A DNA stretch of 64,000 nucleotides from NCBI GenBank assembly GCA_016714815.1, contig JADKBZ010000016.1:116609-180608 (forward strand), read 5' to 3'. Below, in pieces: positions 8,136-19,100 of this stretch (within the stretch, counting starts at the first letter, position 1; each line of letters opens with the position of its first letter). The notes under the pieces were generated by a model. It saw only the letters and a list, made by a program, of their open reading frames with translations, did no database searches and was not told where the DNA came from. Origin of the DNA: Holophagales bacterium (GTDB lineage Bacteria; Acidobacteriota; Thermoanaerobaculia; UBA5066). The position numbers were made by a program, and so were the translations under genes.

Positions 8136-9752
8136 ATGAGCTCGACTTCCCTCTCGACCCGCTGGCGCTCGGACGGGCGCCCGCCCGCCTTCACGCCGGC
8201 CGAGATCGGGAGCGCCCTCGAGGAGGTCCGCTCGACGGCCCACGTCGTCCGCGAGGAGGGGGGCCGGATCGGCCTCGGCCTCGGGGGTGAGCTGGGGCCG
8301 CCGGCCGCGGACGCCGCGGGCACCTTCGCCCACCTGGCGTCGCTGCCGCCTCTCTACCCGGAGTGGCTCGGGGACAGGACCTTCTGCGAGACGCACGGCA
8401 CCCGCTTTCCCTACGTCACCGGCTCGATGGCGAACGGGATCGCCTCGGTGCGGCTCGTCTCCGAGATCGCCCGCACGGGCGGACTCGGCTTCTTCGGGGC
8501 GGCGGGCCTCTCGCCGGCGCGCGTCGAGGGGGCCCTGGACGAGCTGCGGCGGGAGCTGGGCGATGCGGGCCTTCCCTGGGGCGCGAACCTGATCCACAGC
8601 CCGAACGAGCCCGAGCTCGAGGAGGCCGTGACGGATCTCTACCTGCGCCGGGGCGTGACGCGGGTGGAGGCGTCGGCCTACATGGCGCTCACTCCGGCGG
8701 TCGTCCGATACGCGGCGACGGGTCTCACGACGGACCCCACGGGGCGGGTTCGAAGGAGGAACCATCTCTTCGCGAAGATCTCGCGCGAGGAAGTGGCGAT
8801 CCGGTTCCTCGAGCCTGCGCCGGCGGAGATCCTCCGGACGCTGGTGGAGAGGGGGCGGCTGACGGCTGCCGAGGCGCGGCTCGCCGAAACGCTGCCGCTC
8901 GCCGAGGACGTCACGGCAGAAGCCGACTCCGGCGGCCACACCGACAACCGGCCGCTGACCGCTCTCCTTCCGGCGATCCTCGGCCTGCGCGACCGGGTCG
9001 CCGCGGAACGCGGCTACGGGCAGGCGGTCCGCGTCGGGGCCGGCGGCGGACTCGGAACGCCCTCGTCGGTCGCGGCGGCGTTCGCCCTCGGCGCCTCCTA
9101 CGTCGTCACCGGCTCGGTGAACCAGGCCTGCGTCGAGAGCGGCCTCCACGAGAGCGGCCGCGCGCTGCTGGCGGAAGCCGGGATCGCCGACGTGATCATG
9201 GCGCCCGCGGCCGACATGTTCGAGCTCGGCGTCACGGTGCAGGTGCTGCGCCGGGGGACGATGTTCGCCGTCCGCGCGAAGAAGCTCTACGAGCTCTACC
9301 GCTCCTGGCCGTCGCTCGAGAGCATCCCGGCCGCCGAGAGGGAGAAGGTCGAGACGCAGCTCCTCCGGGCGACCTTCGCGGAGGCGTGGGAGACGACGCG
9401 CGCCTTCTGGGCCGCCCGTGACCCGCGCGAGGTGGCGAGGGCCGAGGCCGACCCGAAGCACCGGATGGCGCTCGTCTTCCGTTCGTACCTCGGCCTCTCG
9501 AGCCGCTGGGCCGTCGCCGGCGAACCGGGCCGCGGCACCGACTATCAGATCTGGTGCGGCCCGGCGATGGGCGCCTTCAACTCGTGGGTCCGCGGGAGCT
9601 TCCTGGAAAAGCCCGCGGACCGGTCCGCCGTCCAGGTCGCCCGCAACCTGATGGAGGGGGCCGCCGCCGTGACGCGCGCGCAGCAGCTGCGCGCCTCCGG
9701 CCTCGCCGTCCCTTCGTCCGCCTTCGACTTCCGCCCCCGTCCCCTCGCCTGA
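8136..9752 (+). CDS. pfaD: PfaD-family trans-acting enoyl reductase (nitronate monooxygenase-like FMN enzyme) of a PUFA/polyketide synthase
   Basis: Typical PfaD sequence: ...GLGFFGAAGLSPARVEGALDELRRELGDAGLPWGANLIHSPNEPELE... and ...GGGLGTPSSVAAAFALGASYVVTGSVNQACVESG. An alternative ATG lies at 8109. The gene is translationally linked to pfaA. Confidence 0.9.
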   Translation: MSSTSLSTRWRSDGRPPAFTPAEIGSALEEVRSTAHVVREEGGRIGLGLGGELGPPAADAAGTFAHLASLPPLYPEWLGDRTFCETHGTRFPYVTGSMANGIASVRLVSEIARTGGLGFFGAAGLSPARVEGALDELRRELGDAGLPWGANLIHSPNEPELEEAVTDLYLRRGVTRVEASAYMALTPAVVRYAATGLTTDPTGRVRRRNHLFAKISREEVAIRFLEPAPAEILRTLVERGRLTAAEARLAETLPLAEDVTAEADSGGHTDNRPLTALLPAILGLRDRVAAERGYGQAVRVGAGGGLGTPSSVAAAFALGASYVVTGSVNQACVESGLHESGRALLAEAGIADVIMAPAADMFELGVTVQVLRRGTMFAVRAKKLYELYRSWPSLESIPAAEREKVETQLLRATFAEAWETTRAFWAARDPREVARAEADPKHRMALVFRSYLGLSSRWAVAGEPGRGTDYQIWCGPAMGAFNSWVRGSFLEKPADRSAVQVARNLMEGAAAVTRAQQLRASGLAVPSSAFDFRPRPLA

Positions 9753-9787
9753 GCTTCTCCAGACGCCCGTCCGATGCCGAGGCACCT

Positions 9788-12700
9788 ATGACCCACGATC
9801 CCTCCCCGAGCCGTCAGCCCATCGCCGTCGTCGGCGTGAGCGCCCTCTTTCCCGGTTCCACGGACGCCACCGGCTTCTGGAAGGACATCCTCGCCGGGAC
9901 GGACCTGATCCGCGACGTTCCCCCGAGCCACTGGCTCGTCGAGGACTACTACGACCCGGACCCGACCGCGCCCGACAAGACCTACGCGAAGAGGGGCGCG
10001 TTCCTCGACCCGATCGACTTCGACGCGCTCGGCTGGGGCGTCCCCCCGTCGACGATCCCGGCGACGGACACGGCGCAGCTCCTCGCCCTCGTCGTCGCGC
10101 AGCAGGTGCTGCAGGACGCCCTTCGCGAGCAGTTCGAGACGGCGGACCGCTCCCGCGTCTCGGTGATCCTCGGCGTCACGAGCGCGCAGGAGCTCCTCTC
10201 CACGATGACGAGCCGGCTCCAGCGGCCGGTCTGGGTGAAGGCCCTTCGCGAGTCGGGCGTGCCGGAGGAAGAGGTGACGGCGATCTGTGACCGGATCGCC
10301 AGCCACTACGTCCCGTGGCAGGAGTCGACGTTCCCCGGCCTTCTCGGGAACGTCGTTGCCGGCCGCATTGCCAATCGCCTGAACCTGGGCGGGACGAACT
10401 GCGTCACCGACGCCGCCTGCGCATCGACGTTCAGCGCGCTTTCGATGGCCGTCGCCGAGCTGCAGCTGGGGCACAGCGACCTCGTCATCGCGGGCGGCGT
10501 CGACACGCTGAACGACATCTTCATGTTCATGTGCTTCTCCAAGACCCCGGCGCTCTCGCCGAGCGGCGACTGCCGGCCATTCAGCGACAGGGCCGACGGG
10601 ACGATGCTGGGCGAGGGGCTCGGGATGGTCGCCCTCAAGCGCCTCGACGACGCCGAGCGCGACGGCGACCGGATCTACGCCGTCGTGCGCGGCGTGGGGA
10701 CCTCCTCGGACGGCCGCTCCAAGAGCGTCTACGCCCCCGTCCCCGCGGGACAGGCGAAGGCGCTCGGGCGCGCCTACGACCTCGCGGGCTACGGCCCGGA
10801 GACGGTCGAGCTGGTGGAAGCCCACGGGACCGGGACCAAGGCCGGAGACGCTGCGGAGTTCGAGGGGCTCCGGATGGTCTTCGACGGCGCCGGGCGAAAG
10901 GAGCGCCAGTGGTGCGCGCTCGGCTCGGTGAAGAGCCAGATCGGCCACACGAAGGCGGCGGCGGGCGCGGCGGGCCTCTTCAAGGCGATCATGGCGCTCC
11001 ACCACGGAGTGCTGCCGCCGACGATCAAGGTCGACGCCCCGAACCCGAAGCTCGGCCTGCCGGAAAGCCCCTTCTACCTGAGCACGAAGGCGCGGCCGTG
11101 GGTGCGCGACGGCCGCCACCCGCGACGCGCCTCGGTGAGCGCGTTCGGCTTCGGCGGCTCCAACTTCCACGTGGCGCTCGAGGAATACCAGGGGCCGGCG
11201 CCCAAGGCCGAACGGATCCGGACTCTCGCCAGGGAGATGGTCGTCGTCTGCGGAGACGATCCGGCGCAGGTCGTGGCGCAGGCGCGGGAGATCGCGCGAG
11301 AGGCGGCGGGTGGGCCGGGCGGCGCGGGCGCCCGCCGGCTCGCGCGGCTCGCCCACGAAAGCCAGGAGGCCCATCGCCCGGGAGCGGCCGCGCGGCTCGC
11401 GGTTCTCGCGGCGGACGTGGCGAACCTCGCGCAGAAGCTCGCCGAGGCCGCGAAGCGGATCGAAGCCGCGCCGGGAGAGGCTTTCTCGCTGCCGGATGGA
11501 ACTGCCTACGGGGTGGGTCCGTGCGACGGCAAGGTCGCCTTCCTCTTCCCCGGGCAGGGGAGCCAGTACGTCGGGATGGGAGCGGGTCTCGCGATGGAGT
11601 TCCGCGCGGCGCTCGGCGTCTGGGACCACGCGGCGGCCCTCGACCTGGAGGCGGGCGCGACGCTGCACGAGACGGTCTTCCCGCGGCCGGGGTTCGGCGC
11701 CGAGAAGGAGAAGGGCGACCTCGCGAGGCTCACCGCGACGCAGTGGGCGCAGCCCGCCATCGCCTGCGTCTCGCTGTCGCAGCTCGCCCTCCTTCGGGAG
11801 ATCGGGATTGCCGCCGACCTGACCGGAGGGCACAGCCTCGGCGAGGTCGTTGCCCTTCGCGCGGCGGGCGTTCTTTCGAGCGACGCGGACCTCCTGACGG
11901 TGGCCCGTCGCCGCGGCGAGCTGATGGCCGAGGCGGCCGCGATCCCGGGGGCGATGACGGCGCTCAGCCTGCCGGTCGGGACGGTGCGCGAGCTTCTCGC
12001 GCGCCTCGCCCCGCGGGTCGTCGTCGCGAACCACAACGGCCCGACGCAGGTCGTCGTCTCGGGCGCGACGGAGGACGTCGCCGGGCTGGAGGCGAGCCTG
12101 AAGGGCGAGGGGATCTCCTTTCAGCGGCTCCCGGTCGCCACGGCGTTCCACTCCGGGCTCGTCTCGAGGGCCTGTGAGCCGTTCGCCCGCTTCCTCGCGG
12201 AGGTTCCGTTCGGGAGCCCCGCGATCCCGGTCTACTCGAACGCCCTCGCGGCCGAGCACGGCAGCGAGCCCGACGCCCTCCGCTCCGCCCTCGCGAGCCA
12301 GATCGCGAGCGAGGTCCGCTTCGTCGAGATGGTCGAGGCGATGTACGCGGCCGGGGCCCGCACGTTCCTCGAGGTCGGCCCCGGCGCGGTCCTCACGGGG
12401 CTCGTGGGGCGCGTCCTCGACGGGCGGCCTCACCTCGCCGTGAACCTCGACCGGAAGGGGAAGGACGGCGTCGAGTCGCTCCAGCTCGCGCTGACGCGGC
12501 TGGTGGCGGCGGGTGTCGCGATGTCGCCCGCCCGGCTCTTCGCGTCGGACCGTCTTCCGGAGCGGGAGGGCGCTTCTTCCGGCTCGAAGCTCGCCGTCTC
12601 GCTGAGCGGCAGCAACCACGGAAAGCTCTATCCCCCGCCGGGCGGCGCGGCGTCGCTTCCCGCCCCGAATCCTCCGCGACCCGTTCCGCCCGCGCTGCAG

Positions 12701-15700
12701 GCGGCCCCCGCTCCGGCGAGCCCCGCCGCCGCCCCCCTTCGAGAGGACCCGTTGAAGCACGAAACTGCGTTCCCTGCCGCCCCGCTTCCGCCGCCCGCCG
12801 CACCGGCACGTCCCGCGCTCCTGGCCGGATCCCCGTCGGACTGGGTCCTCGCGTTCCAGGAGACGCAGCGGCAGACCGCCGAGGCGCACGCCGTCTACCA
12901 GCGGGCGATGGCCGAGAGCCACTCCTCGTTCCTCCGCGTCGCCGAGTCGGGGATGCTCGGCCTCACCGCGATGGTGACGGGTTCGCCTCTCGCGGCCCCC
13001 GCGCCGCAGCTCTTCAGGGAGCCGGCTGCTCGTCACGTGGCGGAGCCGACGGTGCCGGCGTGGGCGCCGGCTCCGGCCGCGGCCGCGACGCAGGCTCCGA
13101 TGCTGCGCGAGGCCGAGGCCCCGAGTCCGTACCAGGCGCCGCTCCCGGCGCCGGCCGTTGATCGTCCCGCTCCCGCCGCGGCTCCCGTCGCGGCTGCCGT
13201 CGCGGTCCCCGCCGCGGCGCCCCGGGCCGTCGACCTGCAGGCGCTGATGCTCGCGGTCGTGGCGGAGAAGACGGGCTACCCGGCCGACATGCTGAACCTC
13301 GGCATGGACCTCGAGGGCGACCTCGGGATCGACTCGATCAAGAGGGTCGAGATTCTGTCGGCCGTGGCGGACCAGGCGCCCGAGCTCCGGTCGGTCGACA
13401 TGGGGCACATGGGGTCGCTCCGGACGCTCGGCGCGATCGTCGAGTACATGAAGGGGCTCGGACAGGAGGGCCTTTCGACGCCTTCGGCGGCGCCCGCCGC
13501 CAGGCCGCCCGCCGCCGTCGCGGCGCCCTTGGCCGTCGACCTGCAGGCGCTGATGCTGGCGGTCGTGGCCGAGAAGACGGGCTACCCGGCCGACATGCTC
13601 AACCTCGGCATGGACCTGGAGGGCGACCTCGGGATCGACTCGATCAAGCGGGTCGAGATCCTGTCGGCCGTGGCGGACCAGGCGCCGGAGCTGCGATCGG
13701 TCGACATGGGGCACATGGGGTCGCTGCGCACTCTCGGCGCCATCGTCGAGTACATGAAGGGGATCGGAGAGCCTGGGCTCGCCGCGTCCGCGGGTGCGCC
13801 CGCCGCGGCACTGCCCTCCGCCGCCCCGGTGGTTCCCGTGGCCGCGGCGAGCGACGCGAAGGCCGCGCCCCGTCTGGGCCGTTTCGTCCTCGAGCGAATC
13901 GTCGCGCCGACGACCGGGCTCGCGCAGCCCGGGCTTCTGGGAGGGGGCGAGGTCTGGATCACGGGCTCGGCCGAGCTGGACGAGCCGCTGGCCACGGAGC
14001 TGCGCGCGCGGGGCGTGAACGCGAAGGCGACGTCGAGCCTTCCCGCCGGGGCGACCGCCTGCGTCTACCTCGGCGGCCTTCGCGACGTCGCGGACGTCGA
14101 CGCGGCGATCGCCGTCAACCGCGAGGCGTTCGCCCTCGCGCGTACCCTTGCCGCCCGGCTCGAGAAGGAGCGTGGCCTCTTCGTGACGGTGCAGGACACG
14201 GGCGCCGCCTTCGGAACGTCGCCGATGGATCCGCGTCGCGCCTGGCTCGCGGGGCTTCCGGCTCTGGTGAAGACGGCCGCTCAGGAATGGCCCAGCGCGT
14301 CCCTGAAGGCCGTGGACCTCGAGCGGGGCGGCCGTGGGCCGGAGGCGCTGGCGAAGGCCCTGGCGACCGAGCTGCTCGAAGGGGGCGGCGAGGCGGAGGT
14401 CGCGCTCCCCGCGTCGGGCGGCCGGTTCACGCTTCGCAGCGTCGAGAGGTCCGTCGAGACGGGAGCGCCCGTGATCGTCCCCGGCGACGTCGTCGTCGTC
14501 TCGGGCGGCGCCCGGGGCGTCACGGCCGCGTGCGTCGAGGAGTGGGCCCGGGAGAGCCGCGCGCGCTTCGTCCTCCTCGGCCGGACGCCGCTCGCGCCGG
14601 AGCCCGCCTGCTGTGCGGGGGTCGCGGACGAGGCGGGCCTGAAGAAGGCGCTTCTCGCCGAGTCCCGGAGCCAGGGGCGGAGCCCCGCGCCGGCCGAGCT
14701 CGGCGCCGAGGTGCACGACGTCCTCTCGAATCGCGAGATCCGCCGGACCCTCGCGGCGATCGAGGCCGCGGGGGGCGAGGCGCGCTACGAGGCCGTGAGC
14801 GTCGGCGACGCCGCGGCGCTCTCCGGCGTTCTCGCGCGGGTCCGCTCCGAGTGGGGCCCCGTCGCCGGGCTGGTCCACGCCGCCGGGGTCCTGGCCGACC
14901 GGAACATCTCGCAGAAGACCGACGAGCAGTTCGACCGGGTCTTCGACACGAAGGTGGAGGGGCTCCGCGCGCTCCTCGCCGCGACCGCCGGCGACCCGCT
15001 GAAGCTCCTCTGCGTCTTCTCGTCGGTGTCGGCCCGCTGCGGCAACAACGGCCAGGCGGACTACTCCATGGCGAACGAGGTCCTCGCGAAGGTCGCCTGG
15101 GCCGAGTCCCGCCGCCGTCCGGAAACTCTCGTGAAGTCGTTCGGCTGGGGGCCCTGGGAAGGCGGAATGGTGACGCCCGCTCTCAAGGAGCGGTTCGCGG
15201 CACTCGGCGTTCCGATGATCCCGCTGGCCGTCGGTGCCCGGATGTTCGTCGACGAGCTCCGCGGCGCGCAGCCGGCGGAGGTGGAGCTCGTCCTCGGGGG
15301 AGAGCCGAAGGCGGAGGCGCTCCTCTTCGCGGGGGCCGAGGCCCGGGTCCAGGAGCTCGAGCTGAAGGTCCAGCGGGGGAGCCACGGCTACCTCGACGGG
15401 CATTCGATCAAGGGAACCCCCGTCGTCCCGGTCGTCCTCGCGGCCGAGTGGCTCTCGCGCGCGGCCCGCTCGTTCCGGCCCGGCCTCGTCCTCGCCGCCC
15501 TGCACGACCTCAGGGTCCTCAAGGGGATCCGGCTCGGAGGCTTCGACAACGGGGGCGACCGGTTCGTGATCCAGGCCCGTCCGCTTCCGAGCAGCCGGGG
15601 CGCAGAGCTGCAGCTCGACGTCCGCAGTTCGGCCGGGACCCTCCACTACAGCGCCCGGGCCGAGCTTCTTCCCGAGCTCGACGCCCACGGTCCGGCGCTT

Positions 15701-16150
15701 CCGGAGCTCGAGCTCGGGGAGTGGTCCGGAGAGCCGATCTACGGCGACCTCCTCTTCCACCGCGGGGCCTTCGAGCTGATCGAGGAGGTCGAAGGGATCT
15801 CCGACCACGGCGCCGGAGGCCGGGTCCGGGGCGTCGAGCGGGCCGGCTGGCCGAACGGCTCGGCCAACCCCTGGCAGCTCGACGTGGCGGCTCTCGACGG
15901 AGGGCTGCAGGTCGCAGTCCTCTACGCGCAGCGGATGCTCGGAAGGGACAACCTGCCGACGACGATCGCCCAGCTTCGCCCGTACCGGACCTCTCCCGCG
16001 CCGGGCGTCGTCAACGTGACGGCCTACCGCCGAAAGGTGGGGAGCCTCGGCGTGACGACCGACATCCACTTCACCGACGAGAAGGGGGTGCGGCTCGCGG
16101 CCCTCCTCGGCGTCGAGAACCACGCGTTGCCGGCCGGCAGCCAGGGCTGA
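9788..16150 (+). CDS. pfaA: PUFA synthase PfaA-like multidomain protein: KS, AT, 2 x ACP, KR and PKS-type DH
   Basis: The KS Cys is in TDAACASTFSAL and the AT motif is GGHSLGEV. Two tandem ACP domains each carry LGMDLEGDLGIDSIKRVEILS. The KR has VVVSGGARGVTAA and NGQADYSMANE. The C-terminal DH motif is HxxxGxxxxP (LDGHSIKGTPVVPVV). ATG at 9788, TGA at 16148-16150. Confidence 0.95.
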   Translation: MTHDPSPSRQPIAVVGVSALFPGSTDATGFWKDILAGTDLIRDVPPSHWLVEDYYDPDPTAPDKTYAKRGAFLDPIDFDALGWGVPPSTIPATDTAQLLALVVAQQVLQDALREQFETADRSRVSVILGVTSAQELLSTMTSRLQRPVWVKALRESGVPEEEVTAICDRIASHYVPWQESTFPGLLGNVVAGRIANRLNLGGTNCVTDAACASTFSALSMAVAELQLGHSDLVIAGGVDTLNDIFMFMCFSKTPALSPSGDCRPFSDRADGTMLGEGLGMVALKRLDDAERDGDRIYAVVRGVGTSSDGRSKSVYAPVPAGQAKALGRAYDLAGYGPETVELVEAHGTGTKAGDAAEFEGLRMVFDGAGRKERQWCALGSVKSQIGHTKAAAGAAGLFKAIMALHHGVLPPTIKVDAPNPKLGLPESPFYLSTKARPWVRDGRHPRRASVSAFGFGGSNFHVALEEYQGPAPKAERIRTLAREMVVVCGDDPAQVVAQAREIAREAAGGPGGAGARRLARLAHESQEAHRPGAAARLAVLAADVANLAQKLAEAAKRIEAAPGEAFSLPDGTAYGVGPCDGKVAFLFPGQGSQYVGMGAGLAMEFRAALGVWDHAAALDLEAGATLHETVFPRPGFGAEKEKGDLARLTATQWAQPAIACVSLSQLALLREIGIAADLTGGHSLGEVVALRAAGVLSSDADLLTVARRRGELMAEAAAIPGAMTALSLPVGTVRELLARLAPRVVVANHNGPTQVVVSGATEDVAGLEASLKGEGISFQRLPVATAFHSGLVSRACEPFARFLAEVPFGSPAIPVYSNALAAEHGSEPDALRSALASQIASEVRFVEMVEAMYAAGARTFLEVGPGAVLTGLVGRVLDGRPHLAVNLDRKGKDGVESLQLALTRLVAAGVAMSPARLFASDRLPEREGASSGSKLAVSLSGSNHGKLYPPPGGAASLPAPNPPRPVPPALQAAPAPASPAAAPLREDPLKHETAFPAAPLPPPAAPARPALLAGSPSDWVLAFQETQRQTAEAHAVYQRAMAESHSSFLRVAESGMLGLTAMVTGSPLAAPAPQLFREPAARHVAEPTVPAWAPAPAAAATQAPMLREAEAPSPYQAPLPAPAVDRPAPAAAPVAAAVAVPAAAPRAVDLQALMLAVVAEKTGYPADMLNLGMDLEGDLGIDSIKRVEILSAVADQAPELRSVDMGHMGSLRTLGAIVEYMKGLGQEGLSTPSAAPAARPPAAVAAPLAVDLQALMLAVVAEKTGYPADMLNLGMDLEGDLGIDSIKRVEILSAVADQAPELRSVDMGHMGSLRTLGAIVEYMKGIGEPGLAASAGAPAAALPSAAPVVPVAAASDAKAAPRLGRFVLERIVAPTTGLAQPGLLGGGEVWITGSAELDEPLATELRARGVNAKATSSLPAGATACVYLGGLRDVADVDAAIAVNREAFALARTLAARLEKERGLFVTVQDTGAAFGTSPMDPRRAWLAGLPALVKTAAQEWPSASLKAVDLERGGRGPEALAKALATELLEGGGEAEVALPASGGRFTLRSVERSVETGAPVIVPGDVVVVSGGARGVTAACVEEWARESRARFVLLGRTPLAPEPACCAGVADEAGLKKALLAESRSQGRSPAPAELGAEVHDVLSNREIRRTLAAIEAAGGEARYEAVSVGDAAALSGVLARVRSEWGPVAGLVHAAGVLADRNISQKTDEQFDRVFDTKVEGLRALLAATAGDPLKLLCVFSSVSARCGNNGQADYSMANEVLAKVAWAESRRRPETLVKSFGWGPWEGGMVTPALKERFAALGVPMIPLAVGARMFVDELRGAQPAEVELVLGGEPKAEALLFAGAEARVQELELKVQRGSHGYLDGHSIKGTPVVPVVLAAEWLSRAARSFRPGLVLAALHDLRVLKGIRLGGFDNGGDRFVIQARPLPSSRGAELQLDVRSSAGTLHYSARAELLPELDAHGPALPELELGEWSGEPIYGDLLFHRGAFELIEEVEGISDHGAGGRVRGVERAGWPNGSANPWQLDVAALDGGLQVAVLYAQRMLGRDNLPTTIAQLRPYRTSPAPGVVNVTAYRRKVGSLGVTTDIHFTDEKGVRLAALLGVENHALPAGSQG
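13229..13762 (+). repeat. two near-identical 228-bp tandem repeats (period 306 bp) encoding the tandem ACP domains of pfaA
   Basis: The block gtcgacctgcaggcgctgatgct...gagtacatgaagggg occurs at 13229-13456 and again at 13535-13762, with only a handful of substitutions. Confidence 0.9.
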
Positions 16151-16154
16151 CTTC

Positions 16155-19100
16155 ATGGCCTTCGCCCCGATCGCCATCGTTGGGCGGTCGTGCGTCCTTC
16201 CGGGCGCGCTCGACCCGTCCGCGCTCTGGGAGCTCGTCGCCGCGGGGCGCGACCTCGTCGGCCCGGCGCCGGAGGGGCGCTGGGGGCTCGACCGCGACCA
16301 GATCCTCCGGGACGCGGGCGGCCCGGCGCCGGACGCCGCCTGGTCCGACCGGGGCGGCTACGTCGAGGGCTTCGAGACGATCTGGAATCCGGAGGGGTTC
16401 GGCGTCGGCGCGAAGGAGCTCGACGGGCTCGACCAATTGGTTCCCTGGGTTCTCCACACGGCCCGCGAGGCGTTCCGGGACGCCGGGGACGAGAAGGCGG
16501 GTATCGCAGGCGCGACCGCCGCGGGCTCGGTGACCCGGCCGCGGACCGGCGCCATCTTCGGAAACCTCGGCTTCCCCTCGGAGGGGATGGCCGCTTACGC
16601 CCGGAGCGTCTGGACCGGCGGCGGCCTCGGCCCCGGGGGAATCGCCGTCGACCCGCGAAACCGCTTCATGAGCGGCGGCACCGCGGCCCTCCTCCGCCGC
16701 GCGCTGGGGCTCGGAGCGGGCGTGTTCTCCATCGACGCCGCCTGCGCGAGCGCCCTCTACGCCCTCAAGCTCGCCTGCGACCGCCTCCACGACGGCGACG
16801 CCGACGTGATGCTCGCGGGCGCCGTGCAGCGCGCCGACGACCTCTTCCTGCACGTCGGCTTCACCGCTCTCGGCGCCCTGAGCCGGAGCGGTCGCTCGCG
16901 CCCCTTTCACCGGGAGGCCGACGGCCTCGTCCCGGCTGAGGGGGCCGCCTTCGTTGTCCTGAAGCGCCTCGACGACGCGCGGCGCGACGGAAACACGATT
17001 CACGGCGTGATCCGGGGCGTCGGGCTCGCGAACGACGGGCGGGGAAAGGGGCTCCTCGCCCCGTCCGAGGAGGGCCAGGAGCGGGCGATCCGGGCCGCGT
17101 ACGAGGAGGCGGGGCTCGGCCCGGAGCGGGTCTCCCTGATCGAGGCGCACGCCACGGGAACGCCGGTCGGAGACGGTGCGGAAGTTCGCAGCACGGGCGC
17201 GGTCTACGCGGGGCTCTCCGGCGTGCCGCTCGGGTCGCTCAAGTCGAACCTGGGGCACCTGATTACCGTCGCCGGCGTGGCCGGGCTGCTGAAAGTGCTC
17301 GGAGCGATGAAGGCCGGAATGCGGCCGCCGACGCTCCACGCGGGGGAACCGCTCGACGCGCTCGCCGGCTCCCCCTTCCGGCTCGTCGAACGGCTCGAGC
17401 CGTGGCCGTCCGACGGGCCGAGGGTCGCCTCGGTCTCGGCCTTCGGCTTCGGCGGGAACAACGCGCACCTGATCGTCTCGGAGGACGACCCGGAGCTCGG
17501 CGGCTCGTCCGCTTCGCGTGCCGGGGCTTCGAGGGCTCCGCTCGCTCCCGCGCTCGCCGTCGTCGGGCTCGGCTGCGCCGTGTCGAGCGCCGCGGACCGG
17601 ACGCGGTTCGCGCAGGCGCTCTTCTCCAGCGAGAGCCTCCTCGACGGGCGGGGCGAGGGCCGGATGGGCCCCGTCGAGCTCGACCTCGACGGGCTCCGCT
17701 TTCCGCCGAGGGACCTCGGCCAGACGCTGCCGCAGCAGCTCGCGATCCTGCGGGCCGCCGGCGAGGCGCTCGACGGGTGCGGGGCGCTCCCGCGCGAGCG
17801 GACCGGGATCTTCGTCGGGATGGAGCCCGACCCCGAGGTCGCCCGCTGGGGGACGCGCTGGCGCCTCGCCCGGACGGCGCGCGAGGCCGGAGCGCCGCCG
17901 GAGTGGCTCGGGAAGGCGCGCGACGCGGTCGTTCCCGTTCTCGAGTCGGCCTCCGTCGTCGGGACGATGCCGAACATCCCGGCCAACCGGCTCAGCTCCC
18001 AGCTCGATCTCGGCGGCCGCGCCTTCACCGTGCAGGCGGGAGAAGCCTCGGGAACCGTCGCGCTGTCTCTCGCGATGAGGGCCCTTCGGAGAGGCGAGCT
18101 CGACGCGGCTCTCGTCGGCGCCGTCGACCTCTCCTCCGAGAGCGTCCAGAGGAGCGCGATCGGGTCCCTCGCCCCAGAGGGGAAGGCGATCCCGCCCGGA
18201 GACGCCGCGGTGCTCCTCATCGTCAAGCGGCTGGAGGACGCCGAGCGGGACGGCAACCGGGTGTACGCGTTGATCGACGAGGTCGAAGAAGAGACGGAGA
18301 GAAAGGCGAAGAAGGCGAAGGAAGCGGAAAAGAAGACGAAGCAGAAGGAAGAAGGGCCGGGAGGAGACGAAGCGCTCCTCGAGCTCGACGGCGAAGGGCC
18401 GATGAGCCTCGTCCCGCGTTTCGGGCACGCCTGGGCCGCGTCGGACCTCGTCCACGTCGCCGCGGCGGCGCTGAGCCTCCACCATCGCAGGCTTCCCGGC
18501 GGCAAGCCGTGGCTGCCGCAGGACCCGTCGGCCCGGGTCGCCGGCGTCGGGATGACGAACGGCCCGCGGATCCGGCTCACCGAGGCCGGTGGGCACGCCC
18601 GTCGCGCCGAGGACGATCCGCCGCGGCTGCACCTCTTCGCGGGAGCCGATCGCACGGAGGTGATGGACGCGCTCCGGACGGGGCGCGAGGGGACCGGCGA
18701 GGAGTCGGGAGCCCGCCTCGCGTTCGTGGCGACGGGCGGCTCCTTCGCGAACGTGCGGGCGCGCGCACTCTCGCACCTCGAGACGGGAGCCCCTGCCGGC
18801 CCGGGAATCCACTTCCGCGAGCGGCCGCTCGGCGGCGAGCTGGGGTTCATCTTTGCCGGCGCCGGAGCGGCCTATCGCGGCATGGGCCGCGACCTGCTCG
18901 AGCGGCTCCCCTCGCTCGCCGTCTCGCTCTCGCGCCGCAGCCGGAGGCTTCCCCGCGCGCTCGCCTGGTCCTTCGAGGACGACTCCCGCGAGCCGACCGT
19001 CCTGGAGCAGCTCTGGGGGGCCTCGGCCCTCTGTCAGCTCCACGCCGGGCTGACCCTGGGCCTCCTCGGGCTCACGCCGGATGCCTGGATGGGCTATTCC

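Noticed and set aside
7467-9785. 772-aa minus-strand ORF
   Set aside because: Only its last ~200 codons (TetR regulator, 7467-8066) are real. The remainder is antisense to pfaD and has no recognisable domain.
9545-16177. 2210-aa ORF on the minus strand, plus the 2266-aa minus-strand ORF at 16071-22871, covering the pfa genes
   Set aside because: These are antisense shadows of pfaA and pfa3. Stop codons are rare in antisense frames of ~75% GC coding DNA. The translations are Arg/Pro/Gly/Ala low-complexity with no domain motifs, whereas the plus-strand frames carry unambiguous KS, AT, ACP, KR, DH and AGPAT motifs.
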